A DNA stretch of 64,000 nucleotides from a virus (taxonomy: Duplodnaviria; Heunggongvirae; Uroviricota; Caudoviricetes). The position numbers were made by a program, and so were the translations under genes. The notes below the pieces were generated by a model. It searched no databases, was not told where the DNA came from, and saw nothing but the letters and a program-made list of their open reading frames with translations. Below are positions 54,089 to 63,212 of the stretch, in pieces (the first letter of the stretch is position 1; the number at the start of each line of letters is the position of its first letter). Where the stretch lies: IMG/VR virus record IMGVR_UViG_3300034102_002845. One strand, 5' to 3'.

Positions 54089-54547
54089 ATGACCATTCAA
54101 ACAAGACAAGCAGCTTTTGAAACCAACAGTTCAAGCACCCACTCACTCAGTATCTCTTCAGGTTCCACAGATCTCCTTGATACCTTGCCCTTAAACGAAC
54201 AGGGGGAAGTGGTCCTCAATGGGGGCCAGTTTGGCTGGGGAGTGGAAGACTACTCCGATGCGGGCACTAAGGCGAGTTACGCGGCCATTTACGTTTCCGA
54301 CTGGTCTGGGGAAAAGAGTGCGGAGTTCAAGGAAGTTCTTGACACAGTAATCAAGCAGCAAACGGGTTGCTCAAACGTTGTATACGATTTTTCTACAGAC
54401 TGGTCTCACCCAAGGGAAACATCGTACATCGACCACCAGTCTGTTGAGGGGGGTCAGCTAGACTACTTGTTCGAAGACCCAGAACTTTTGCGCCAGTTTA
54501 TCTTCAACCCTCGCAGTGTCCTTCATACCGACAATGACAATTACTGA
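54089..54547 (+). CDS. FETNSSSTHS-motif phage protein
   Basis: R..AFETNSSSTHSLSI...YIDHQS. Confidence 0.75.
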   Translation: MTIQTRQAAFETNSSSTHSLSISSGSTDLLDTLPLNEQGEVVLNGGQFGWGVEDYSDAGTKASYAAIYVSDWSGEKSAEFKEVLDTVIKQQTGCSNVVYDFSTDWSHPRETSYIDHQSVEGGQLDYLFEDPELLRQFIFNPRSVLHTDNDNY

Positions 54548-55430
54548 GACAGTCCTTCACGCGTACAAAAACGGCAACTGCAACGTTACTTTGTGGTCTG
54601 GCGGCACCAAGACTCGAGAGAATCTGGACGCAGACCACCCTTGGGCAGAACACCCGGAAAGCATTGACATTAAGGTTACAAACTTTTGCGACCTGGCATG
54701 CCCTTACTGTCACGAAAACTCTACTCTCGAAGGAAAGCACGGGGATCTGAACCGCTTACTTACAGTTTTGGAGCCTTTACCGCCAGGAGTAGAGCTGGCG
54801 ATAGGGGGTGGAAACCCTCTCTCTCACCCTGACCTTATACCGTTCCTTCGCAAAGTTAAGACCAAAGGGTTGGTGGCTAATTTAACCGTAAACGAGAGAC
54901 ACCTGGAACCCTACAAGTTTCTTTTGAGCTACTTGCGATGGAAAGATCTAATAAAAGGTATTGGTGTTTCAGTTACAGGTTCGAACCTACCCCTGGTAAA
55001 ACAATTTCTGGAAAACAACCCGCACACCGTGTTTCATGTAATTGCTGGTGTGCACTCGCCCAGAGTTCTATCAGACCTAAGCACCCTCCCGAACAGCAAA
55101 ACTCTTGTGCTCGGGTACAAAACCTTTGGCCGTGGTATCCAGTTCTACGGTAACAAGACCAAGAAGCTTCTTTCCGAATGGTACAGGGCCATCCCAACTT
55201 TCCTTGGAAAGACACACTTGTCGTTCGACAACCTTGCTGTGGAACAACTTAACATCAAGAGATTGCTAACGAACGAGGGTTGGTCAAAGTTTTACATGGG
55301 GGACGACGGTAGCTTCACAATGTACATCGACGCCGTCGACGGAACGTACGCAAAAACAAGTCGGAGCAGCGAACGCACTCCGTTCGATAGCACGGACCTA
55401 CTCACTTACTTCCAAAGTTTGTCCAAGTGA
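54534..55430 (+). CDS. radical SAM protein
   Basis: CDLACPYC (CxxxCxxC), GGGNPL. Confidence 0.9.
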   Translation: MTITETVLHAYKNGNCNVTLWSGGTKTRENLDADHPWAEHPESIDIKVTNFCDLACPYCHENSTLEGKHGDLNRLLTVLEPLPPGVELAIGGGNPLSHPDLIPFLRKVKTKGLVANLTVNERHLEPYKFLLSYLRWKDLIKGIGVSVTGSNLPLVKQFLENNPHTVFHVIAGVHSPRVLSDLSTLPNSKTLVLGYKTFGRGIQFYGNKTKKLLSEWYRAIPTFLGKTHLSFDNLAVEQLNIKRLLTNEGWSKFYMGDDGSFTMYIDAVDGTYAKTSRSSERTPFDSTDLLTYFQSLSK

Positions 55431-55530
55431 AGGGATGGTTTTCCGCCCTTGTTTCTGCGCTGCGGAAACGCTAAAGTTGTACTGAATGAAGCAGCAAAAC
55501 ACACAACCAACTCCAACCGACACACAACAG

Positions 55531-55891
55531 ATGAAAAAAGCTATTTACAAGTTCTTCTTCGACTGCGGAAGAATGGGCGAGCTTGAGGGAATTTTTGTTG
55601 CCGAACTTCAGGATGTCAAAAGGTTGGTCGATAGTGGTGAAGAACTTTATTTCGGCGAAGTTCTCGGATAAGCACAGCGAAATTTCCGGAGTTGTATCCG
55701 TGGAAAACTTCACTTTCGTAACAGATAAGGAAGAAATTGTAAACTTCTTCGAGATCCACGGGATGGCAACGGGCATTAACCCGCTTAGCTACTTCGAAGA
55801 AGAGGGTGCTGAGGATGACATTAATGAAGAGGACAGTGGTGGCGACGTTCTAAGCGAGGACCATTCTTTTGAGGGCTTCCCGTGGAACTAA
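55531..55891 (+). pseudogene. phage hypothetical gene with a 1-nt frameshift near 55668
   Basis: YKFFFDCGRMGELEG...YFGEVLG* continues as KHSEISG in the next frame. Confidence 0.6.
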
Positions 55892-56106
55892 TCAACGCTA
55901 AACTGATTGACAAGCTAAGGTTAGTGGCCTCAAGGCGCCACCTTCTAGACCGGACGGACGAGCAAGGGACATATGACTTCGACCTGCACAACATAGACAG
56001 GGTCGACGACGCTTTTGACACAGGGTGCAGAGTCGGAGAGATTTATTTTGCGCGAGAACTTTGCACACTATTACGCATAGAGTACACAATTGAGTCCGAC
56101 GACTGA
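55882..56106 (+). CDS. hypothetical protein
   Basis: ORF. Confidence 0.55.
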   Translation: MELINAKLIDKLRLVASRRHLLDRTDEQGTYDFDLHNIDRVDDAFDTGCRVGEIYFARELCTLLRIEYTIESDD

Positions 56107-56120
56107 CTTACTGACCCCCA

Positions 56121-56471
56121 ATGAGCAAACCCCAAACAACCTTCAGCAACCTCTTAAGCAAACTTCAAGGGCTTAACCTCAAGCAAACGGGTTACTGGAT
56201 CGACGACCTTCCGGAAGACATTTACGAAAACTTCTTCTACGGCACCGACTACGAAGTTGTGGCTAGGGACTTAGACCTTGATAGGCACAGGTGGTACGAA
56301 ATTTCCACAGAAGTGATCAAGATTCACGGGTCTTTCCTTGGAATACGCCAAGTTACCCATATTAAGAACGAAAACGACAGTGTCGGAGACACTAGCTTCG
56401 TGTATCAATTCTTTGAAATGCGGGAGAAAACAGTGACTTCCTACGAAAAGGTGCCTAACATTGCTCAGTAA
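56121..56471 (+). CDS. hypothetical protein
   Basis: D.HRWYEISTEV motif. Confidence 0.6.
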   Translation: MSKPQTTFSNLLSKLQGLNLKQTGYWIDDLPEDIYENFFYGTDYEVVARDLDLDRHRWYEISTEVIKIHGSFLGIRQVTHIKNENDSVGDTSFVYQFFEMREKTVTSYEKVPNIAQ

Positions 56472-56697
56472 GTCCGACGAGCTCTACGTCTTAACCTTGC
56501 CTGGTTGGAGTGAGTCCACTGGAGTTCAGTCCGAGATCTCTTTCGCACAGCTGTTGGGAGTGCCTCTTTCTCTACACATTCCTGCGCTCCTGGGCGGTTA
56601 GCCGTTTGCTCGGGACGGTTTCCCGGCTTGGTTTCTCGAAGAGAAAGCGTTATAGTATTTACAGCCTGAATAACCCCCTCTACCACACCTAAGTAAA

Positions 56698-57306
56698 ATG
56701 GCTTCCACCCCTCCAACAATCCTACAAGTTAAGTCCCTGCGAGAAAAGACCGGTGCGGGCCTGATTCTCTGCAAAGAAGCACTTATTTTTTCTGACAGTG
56801 ATGAGGCCGGTGCGATCACGTGGTTGCGGCAGAGAGGAGTGGCCTTAGCCGATGGTAAGGTTGGTCGGAGCGCACGAGAAGGTACTGTGGGCAGCTACAT
56901 TCACACTGGCGGTAAGGTTGGAGTCCTTATCGAGGTGAACTGCGAAACGGATTTTGTGGCCAAATCGGAGCCTTTCCAGGAACTTGTTCGAAATCTTTCG
57001 ATGCAAATTGCAGCGTGCCCCTCTGTGTGCCACGTTTCAATCTTTGATATCCCTGAGGAGACTCTCCTTGAGGAGACTCGGATTGAGTCCGGCAAGGCAG
57101 ATCTTGCTAAGAAACCCGAAGCAATGCGAAACAAGATCGTTGAGGGTCGTGTGGCAAAGCGATTCAGAGAGCTGTCTCTCATGGACCAGCCCTACATCAA
57201 AGACAACTCAATGAGTATCGAAACATACGTGAAGAACTTCGCTGCGGTAGTTGGCGAAAACATCGTTGTGAAGCGATTCGTACGTTTTGTCCTCGGCAGC
57301 TCCTGA
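56698..57306 (+). CDS. tsf: translation elongation factor Ts (short cyanobacterial type)
   Basis: VK.LREKTGAG...CK.AL; YIHTGGKVGVLIEVNCETDFVA; L..QPYIKD; V.RFVRF.LG. Confidence 0.92.
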   Translation: MASTPPTILQVKSLREKTGAGLILCKEALIFSDSDEAGAITWLRQRGVALADGKVGRSAREGTVGSYIHTGGKVGVLIEVNCETDFVAKSEPFQELVRNLSMQIAACPSVCHVSIFDIPEETLLEETRIESGKADLAKKPEAMRNKIVEGRVAKRFRELSLMDQPYIKDNSMSIETYVKNFAAVVGENIVVKRFVRFVLGSS

Positions 57307-57320
57307 GTCTCCTTAAACAA

Positions 57321-57545
57321 ATGTGGTGCCCAGCCTTCTTACCATTGTGGATGCGAATGCCCCTCCCCCCGATGGGCAAAAGACTCGAAGATCTTCGAGC
57401 TGAGACCCTCGCCCTGAAGGAGGAAGAACTTTCTTTTCGAGAAGACACACTGAGGCTAAGAGCCCAGGAGCTGGCCCTTAAAGAGCTGGGGCTTGAAATT
57501 GAGTTAAACGAGTTAAACAAGCTGAAACAACCCCGAAAACAATGA
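57321..57545 (+). CDS. small coiled-coil hypothetical protein
   Basis: ORF. Confidence 0.4.
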   Translation: MWCPAFLPLWMRMPLPPMGKRLEDLRAETLALKEEELSFREDTLRLRAQELALKELGLEIELNELNKLKQPRKQ

Positions 57546-57754
57546 ACATCGAACTCGCAACACCTGGAACACGAGTGGCCTACGTCCCACTCCATGCCTC
57601 AGGATGCCTAGACCACTTTGACGTTGAGCACGGCACGGTATCCTCTCACAATGGTAAGAATGTTTTTGTAAAGTTCAACGAGGCAGTGTCCCGTTTTGGG
57701 TGGGACGGGGCTCCATCTCGGGCTTGTGACCCTGCCGACTTAGTAAAGGTTTGA
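57542..57754 (+). CDS. hypothetical protein
   Basis: VAYVP.HA......D.E.G.VSS.N...VFVKF motif. Confidence 0.55.
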   Translation: MNIELATPGTRVAYVPLHASGCLDHFDVEHGTVSSHNGKNVFVKFNEAVSRFGWDGAPSRACDPADLVKV

Positions 57755-57848
57755 CCGATTAACCCTTAGCGGGGTTACCTGTCTTGTTCACGTTACAAAC
57801 ACTCGCTACACTTAGTTGTCACACTCCGAAAACAACCTGAGCTTAAGC

Positions 57849-58117
57849 ATGGACAAGCCTTTCCTCTTAATTGCCGGCAATGACTACTACCCCCCAAGAA
57901 GGCAGTGGGGACTGGGTGCAATGTTTTTCTTCTCTAGACGAGGCACTCGAACTTGTAGTCAATGAAGACGCCCACACGTACTTCACAAAAGGAAGAAGGA
58001 AAGGGGAAATTAAGTCAACCCTTACCACTTTTGTAATAAAGGGTGGGGGGAGAAAGAGGGTACGACCGGAGCTGTGACTGGTACGAGATTATTGACTTGA
58101 GAGAGTGGGCTCAGTAA
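57849..58117 (+). pseudogene. phage hypothetical gene with two homopolymer frameshifts
   Basis: FLLIAGNDYYP|QEGSGDW...|CDWYEIIDLREW is restored by removing one C (57890-95) and one G (near 58045-50). Confidence 0.55.
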
Positions 58118-58157
58118 CCGCTAGCAGCATACCTAGACAAAACAGTAACCAGGCAAA

Positions 58158-59300
58158 ATGACAATTACACGAAAAGAAATTGAAGACGGGATGATCCTGT
58201 TTTGCAAGTCAGGCAGCCACGCCTATGGCCTCAACACCGAGATGTCTGACCTGGACTTTAAGGGCATCTGTGTTGCGCCACAGCGGTTTTACACCACTCT
58301 CGAAACATTTGAGCAAAAGGATAAAGGGTGGGCAGGGGAGCAACAAGACGAGGGTGAGTTCAACTCAAGATTCCCTGAGTTAGATAATTCCGACTCAGTG
58401 GTGTACGGCATTCGCAGGTACCTGAGCTTGTTACGGTCGCAAAACCCAAACATTTTGGAGATGCTGTGGCAAACTCCCGAAAGCTACCTATACCTTGACT
58501 TTCTGGGGCAGTCGCTAATTGATAACCGAAGGAAGCTCATTTCCAAGAGAATCTCTGGCACATTCGTTCAGTACGCAAGGTCCCAGATCAAGAAAATGGA
58601 GACTCACCGCAAGTGGCTCTTAAACCCTCCAACACGGCGACCGACGTGGGAGGACTACGGGGTTTCTTCGCCGAGCTTAACCCCCTCTCAAATCGAGTCA
58701 TTCATTGAGTACTTGTACTTGCTGATTAAAGACAGAATCGAATACTACCAGCCTTCAGTCGAGCTGTACGAGTTACTCAACGACCGAGTTGATTGGAAGG
58801 GAATCCTGAAGCAGAGTGTCTTACCGGAAGAGTGCTTCGACGAGACGCAGAAAATCACGAGGGCAAGTGACGAGTACATGGCCCTTCTTCACTCAAGCCA
58901 GCAGTACCGGTCAGATTTAAAACGGTGGAGTAATTACCAAGATTGGTTGACTAATCGGAATGTGAAGCGATCCGAAATTGAGCGGGCCTGTGGGTACGAT
59001 GGGAAGAACGCCAGCCACTGTGTTCGACTTATGAAAATGGCTATTGAGGGAATGCGAACCGGAGAGCTTCTTGTGAATAGGAAGTTAGCGGGGGACGCAG
59101 ATTTTCTTCTGGACATTAAGTACGGCAAGATTACGTATGACGAACTAAGCTCAATTGTAACTCAACTGTTTAAGGAGGCTGAGCACGTAATGACGAACGA
59201 GTGCGTCTTACCGAGCACGGTAGATGACCAACTCATCAATACTCTTTGCGCTGAGACTGTGGAAAAATTTCAAAGTCTCGGTTGTATTGAGAACCGGTGA
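58158..59300 (+). CDS. DNA polymerase beta-superfamily nucleotidyltransferase (RlaP-like)
   Basis: GSHAYG....SD.D.KG; NPNILEML; YDGKNASHCVRL. Confidence 0.8.
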   Translation: MTITRKEIEDGMILFCKSGSHAYGLNTEMSDLDFKGICVAPQRFYTTLETFEQKDKGWAGEQQDEGEFNSRFPELDNSDSVVYGIRRYLSLLRSQNPNILEMLWQTPESYLYLDFLGQSLIDNRRKLISKRISGTFVQYARSQIKKMETHRKWLLNPPTRRPTWEDYGVSSPSLTPSQIESFIEYLYLLIKDRIEYYQPSVELYELLNDRVDWKGILKQSVLPEECFDETQKITRASDEYMALLHSSQQYRSDLKRWSNYQDWLTNRNVKRSEIERACGYDGKNASHCVRLMKMAIEGMRTGELLVNRKLAGDADFLLDIKYGKITYDELSSIVTQLFKEAEHVMTNECVLPSTVDDQLINTLCAETVEKFQSLGCIENR

Positions 59301-59809
59301 GCGCAAGGGTAACATTTTCTGTGCGAATGCCTACTACTCATATGACAATTGAAACTGAGGCCATCGAAAAAATTGAGTTGGTTTTCACACATATTCAAAA
59401 TGTGCAGAGGAGCTGCTATAAGCTTGGCCTAAAGCTTATGAAACGTGGCGACATTGAGCTGGGGCGCAACTTAATAGCAAACGGGCAGATTCATGACAAT
59501 TCAAAGTTCAAGGGAATTGAATTTGCACACCTTTTTCACTCAGATCCCTTGCTATCTGAAGTCGTAAAGCACCACCAGTCAGTAAACCCTCACCACCCAG
59601 AGTACTGGGGAAGCATTCACGACATGCCCAAAGTTTACGTCGCTGAGATGGTTTGCGACTGGTACGCAAGGTCCACCGAGTTCGGAACAGGAGTGAGAGA
59701 GTGGATTGACGACAAGGCAACCGAAAAGTTCGCCTTTACAGTTGAAGATCCCATCTACGCGACCATACAGGAAATGCTGTCGTTGCTCCTTGAGCCTTCC
59801 TTCACCTGA
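59297..59809 (+). CDS. HD-like metal-binding hypothetical protein (DUF5662-like)
   Basis: HDNSK, HH...NPHHPEYW, EMVCDW. Confidence 0.65.
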   Translation: MSARVTFSVRMPTTHMTIETEAIEKIELVFTHIQNVQRSCYKLGLKLMKRGDIELGRNLIANGQIHDNSKFKGIEFAHLFHSDPLLSEVVKHHQSVNPHHPEYWGSIHDMPKVYVAEMVCDWYARSTEFGTGVREWIDDKATEKFAFTVEDPIYATIQEMLSLLLEPSFT

Positions 59810-59954
59810 GTCCTGTAGTTTCTTGGCCAGACCGGGAACGGTTAACCGTTTGATCCTGGGCGGTTTCCCGTCTTGTTTCTGCTCCGAAGAAACGGTATAG
59901 TATTTACATGAGCAGCGGTGCTCAGACACTTAGCCCCCTAACTCAGGAGACCCA

Positions 59955-60197
59955 ATGGACTTTCAGGAATTTGTCGAATGGGCTTCCAACCAACCCCAGA
60001 CCAAGGGTATTCGGTGGGGTCAACACCTTGTTAACCAGCTCATGAAGCTGAGCCCCACGGCTTATAGCCGAGTCCCAGAGGACCTAGACCCCTTCTACAG
60101 CGACACTCTTGTCCCAGGGTTCCTGGCCTTCCTAGGCGATAACTGGGGGAGTCTTACCACTCCGCTGTACCACCCTGAGATGGAGGAATGCGCTTAG
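59955..60197 (+). CDS. hypothetical protein
   Basis: R.GQ...N.L.......DPFY motif. Confidence 0.55.
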   Translation: MDFQEFVEWASNQPQTKGIRWGQHLVNQLMKLSPTAYSRVPEDLDPFYSDTLVPGFLAFLGDNWGSLTTPLYHPEMEECA

Positions 60198-60374
60198 TCC
60201 CCCGGTCAAACAAAGCCAGGGCAGCCCTGGAAAAGTCGATGGGCGGTGACAGCGCCGTTCGGCTGGAAAAACGCACTGGCAACAAAGTACTTGTCTCTTC
60301 CAAGAGTGGGTACTGCGTATGGGTCGACCTCTCGGGAGACCCTAACTGGGATCTTGTCCTTTAACCCTGCCCCT

Positions 60375-60674
60375 ATGAAGTTTATACTGAGCTTAATCCT
60401 CTGCGCCCTATGCTCGTTTTCTTCGGCACAACCTGCTTTCGCATACCACCCGGAGGGGTGGAGACCTTTCTGGTCAAAGGACGCTCAGAAAGTCACAGAG
60501 GAAAGCTGCAAGTTAATCGCTGGAGCACAAAGTGTTGGGACACAAACTTGGGAGTTTCTCTACAAGTGCCCCAACGGTGACTCCTTCTGGTCCGAGGTTC
60601 TCGTCCCCTTCAACCCCACACTGCTTACTCCGCCCTTCTCACCAAATGGAAAAGCGTCACCAGACTCAGACTGA
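60375..60674 (+). CDS. hypothetical protein with signal-peptide-like N-terminus
   Basis: MKFILSLILCALCSFSSAQPAFA. Confidence 0.5.
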   Translation: MKFILSLILCALCSFSSAQPAFAYHPEGWRPFWSKDAQKVTEESCKLIAGAQSVGTQTWEFLYKCPNGDSFWSEVLVPFNPTLLTPPFSPNGKASPDSD

Positions 60675-61044
60675 AGTCCCCTCGCAGACCTTGGGAGACC
60701 CCATAGCCCTGAGTAGCACAGTTGTGGATGGCCTCTGGATCCTGATAATTGTGGCACTATCCCTCTCTGCTCTATTCAGGGTCTCCCGAAGCAGGGTCTT
60801 TCGCCAGAAGTCCCGGTTTTGACTACACTAAAAACACTCTCAGGTAACTCCCGCAAAGTCCATGGAACTCTATCGTAGTCTCACAGCTGAAGAAGAGGAC
60901 TCTTTTCGTAGCTGGGCCAGGGAAAACTACGTCCCGTTTTCCGAGATAAAAGGATTCTGGCACCCTTCTGTGCAAGCAGAGTGTGTTCTCATGAATTCTG
61001 AAGCCGGTTTACTCACCCCATCTCACAGTTAAACTGTTAACACA

Positions 61045-61305
61045 ATGTCTCACCTTGATTGTTCCGAAGATGACTACAAACTAAACCTTATGATTGAAGT
61101 GGATAACCTACTCTATAAGTTCCAAAAAGAAATACTCAGTACGAGGCAGGTTATCCCGTGGGCGAGCACCAGGGTTGGACCCTGCTACGCTGTCCCTCAG
61201 GACCAAGTTGTAGGGGTGTTTAAGGGGCTGAAGAAAGAGCTTTTAGCACTTTTAGTACGGAAGTACGACGTGAAACCGAAACTTGAGGGGCTTAATGTGT
61301 CATGA
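61045..61305 (+). CDS. hypothetical protein
   Basis: ORF. Confidence 0.5.
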   Translation: MSHLDCSEDDYKLNLMIEVDNLLYKFQKEILSTRQVIPWASTRVGPCYAVPQDQVVGVFKGLKKELLALLVRKYDVKPKLEGLNVS

Positions 61306-61499
61306 CTGAAGGAGACCTAGAAAAGTTGGTAGAAAACGGAGACATTCTGAGCTACTCTTACTTAGAGGTTAAAGATTACCAGGGCTCACACTGCGGAGAA
61401 TACCTACAACTCAATTTACCGTCCGGAGCTTGCATAGGGGTAAGCTCGTGGTCAACTCCCGCCCCTGAAACGAGTGGGCTAAGAATAGGAGTTTATTAG
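61302..61499 (+). CDS. hypothetical protein
   Basis: ATGA overlap. Confidence 0.5.
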   Translation: MTEGDLEKLVENGDILSYSYLEVKDYQGSHCGEYLQLNLPSGACIGVSSWSTPAPETSGLRIGVY

Positions 61500-61530
61500 G
61501 CGGACAGTCCTACCATACGACTCTAAACTA

Positions 61531-61831
61531 GGGGTAGCTCTGGAAGATAGTGCCCTATACAGGGGTTCGAATCCCCTCACCTCCATTTGAGAACGTGACC
61601 GTCCCTTCTTCAACCTTCCGACTTACTGAGAAGGCAGGGTCACTGTGGGTTAAACTCCCACCTCTAGTCAAGGGGGTGCCATGGTCTCGCTAGGGTAAAG
61701 ATGTCGCCTGAGTGAAAGCCGCTTGCATAAGCACAAAATAGACGCTAACAACATCGTCAAATTCGAGAGGATTGCCGTTGCCGTTTGAGCAACCGCACTC
61801 TGACTCATAACTCGGGGGGTTTCGGCCCCCT
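61531..61831 (+). ncRNA. ssrA: two-piece (circularly permuted) tmRNA: acceptor piece ~61531-61585, intervening segment, coding piece from 61672; tag (A)ANNIVKFERIAVAV
   Basis: AGGGG-TTCGAAT-CCCCT T arm and CACCTCC-A lie upstream of GGGGGTG (G3.U70); helix TAGGGTA/TGCCCTA; tag ORF 61744-61788. Confidence 0.9.
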
Positions 61832-61891
61832 TACACCGCCAACTTTCCTGGCCAAAACAGCACCCTACACTCCAACCCACGCTGAAACACT

Positions 61892-62260
61892 GTGAACCTT
61901 GAACTAAAGGCCCTTAGTCCTTCAGGAAAGAAAAAGGCCAAGAAACTAATGTTGTACCCCGTAGAAATACGAAACTACGGTGTATTTAATTGGGCAGATT
62001 TCAAAAGTTCAGAAGACTTCTACCGGTTTAAGGTGGAGTGGGACACACACCAGGTCATGCGGGAGATCTTGTCTGGTTTGAACACCGAAGAGGTCACCCC
62101 GAATCCGACGAGCGACGCGGGAATTAACTGGACGAACTTGTCCGTGTCTCAAGAGAAAGTGTTTATTAACCTTGCCCGTATCATCCTGGACTTGAGGCAG
62201 AAAGCGGAAAACGCTGAAGAAGCGGCGAGAGAAGTCTCACGGCGGTTGGACAGAGTATGA
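61892..62260 (+). CDS. hypothetical protein
   Basis: ORF. Confidence 0.5.
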   Translation: MNLELKALSPSGKKKAKKLMLYPVEIRNYGVFNWADFKSSEDFYRFKVEWDTHQVMREILSGLNTEEVTPNPTSDAGINWTNLSVSQEKVFINLARIILDLRQKAENAEEAAREVSRRLDRV

Positions 62261-62466
62261 TAATGCTACTGAAGGGACCCGATGGGGGAAAATATATAGC
62301 CGACTGGACCCCTGATAGGGAGAGATGGCTAGTAACTGAGTTTGGCCCCCGAGTTGGTTCCGATGTGTTGCCGTCAGAGTGGTGGGACAAGGAAGCCATA
62401 AACCACTGGGGACGTTCTCAAACTTACGACAATCTTGATGCGTTTGCCATACTAGCATCCCACTAA
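62257..62466 (+). CDS. hypothetical protein
   Basis: ATGA overlap. Confidence 0.5.
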   Translation: MIMLLKGPDGGKYIADWTPDRERWLVTEFGPRVGSDVLPSEWWDKEAINHWGRSQTYDNLDAFAILASH

Positions 62467-62519
62467 GACTCCGACACGTTAACCATCAGAACCAGGCAGG
62501 GGCCTAAATCAGTAGGAAA

Positions 62520-63212
62520 ATGAAGATCCAATCAAAATTCAAGGACTACTACGACTATGTGGAGTATTTGTACTCTCAAGAAGGTGGTGACCCCTCGAAC
62601 ACTTACGTTCGCAAAGAGCTGTCACAGCCTGACCAACCGGACTCTTCGAATGTGTACGTAAACGTCAACGAAACTGATAACATACCTGACGTGCCCCGTC
62701 AACGAAACCACGGGGAGATCCTTCCGTGGGCGTTTAAATGGTGCTCAGTTTGCGGAGAGCTCTACCTTCTTGTTTCAAAAGAAAGTTCCACACCCGATTG
62801 GAAACTAATTACAGAAGACCACCCATCCTTGCGCATGCTACACAGCAGCCACCGGAGATGGTTCGAAGAAATTAGGATGGACGAAATATGGGGTGTTCCG
62901 AACAAAAGTTGTGTGGATATCTCAAGACAACTTCAGGTTCCCGTATTCGTGATAGAGCCCACTCCGAGGCTCAGCGGACTTAAAAAGTCGCCTCAAGTGG
63001 CCGTAAGTCGCGAGATCCCAAACCTTGGAAAATTGGGCTTCGCCTCAGTAATTCCTGCTGAGCAAATGTACCAAAATATATCAATGTTTATTACCTCGCT
63101 GAGGGATAGCCCAGACAATGTTCCACCTGTCAATGTATCGGACAAGGACCGGTTGACACAGAAGGGTTTTGACGCTAAGATATCCTTTCGAGGTAAGGTT
63201 CCCCGTGCTTAA
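62520..63212 (+). CDS. conserved phage hypothetical protein
   Basis: MKIQSKFKDYYD...L..LGF...IP....YQ.I..F...GFD.K.SFR. Confidence 0.7.
   Translation: MKIQSKFKDYYDYVEYLYSQEGGDPSNTYVRKELSQPDQPDSSNVYVNVNETDNIPDVPRQRNHGEILPWAFKWCSVCGELYLLVSKESSTPDWKLITEDHPSLRMLHSSHRRWFEEIRMDEIWGVPNKSCVDISRQLQVPVFVIEPTPRLSGLKKSPQVAVSREIPNLGKLGFASVIPAEQMYQNISMFITSLRDSPDNVPPVNVSDKDRLTQKGFDAKISFRGKVPRA

Larger units (their letters stand above)
182..59901 (+). repeat. Dispersed promoter/operator element, about 35 copies: 1-2 x GGCGGTTWMC(C) box, TTG-type -35, 17-nt spacer, TATAGT/TATAAT/TATACT -10
   Basis: -10 hexamers start near 241, 5095, 5771, 6060, 6652, 7323, 8150, 11159, 12824, 14189, 17319, 17712, 18339, 23310, 24067, 25000, 25391, 26898, 27200, 28946, 29198, 29452, 32633, 33907, 35931, 37283, 42219, 43098, 44659, 46497, 51312, 53052, 55472, 56651, 59896. 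All are intergenic and upstream of + strand genes. 17-nt spacing counted at 5095 and 11159. Confidence 0.9.

Noticed and set aside
182-59901. GGCGGTT repeats as a CRISPR array or REP/IS ends
   Set aside because: Irregularly spaced, always intergenic, in one orientation and at a fixed distance from -35/-10 boxes; no repeat-spacer periodicity and no cas genes.
89-62458. Minus-strand ORFs in the track
   Set aside because: All are shadows of + strand genes or promoters; none has a recognisable motif or its own promoter.
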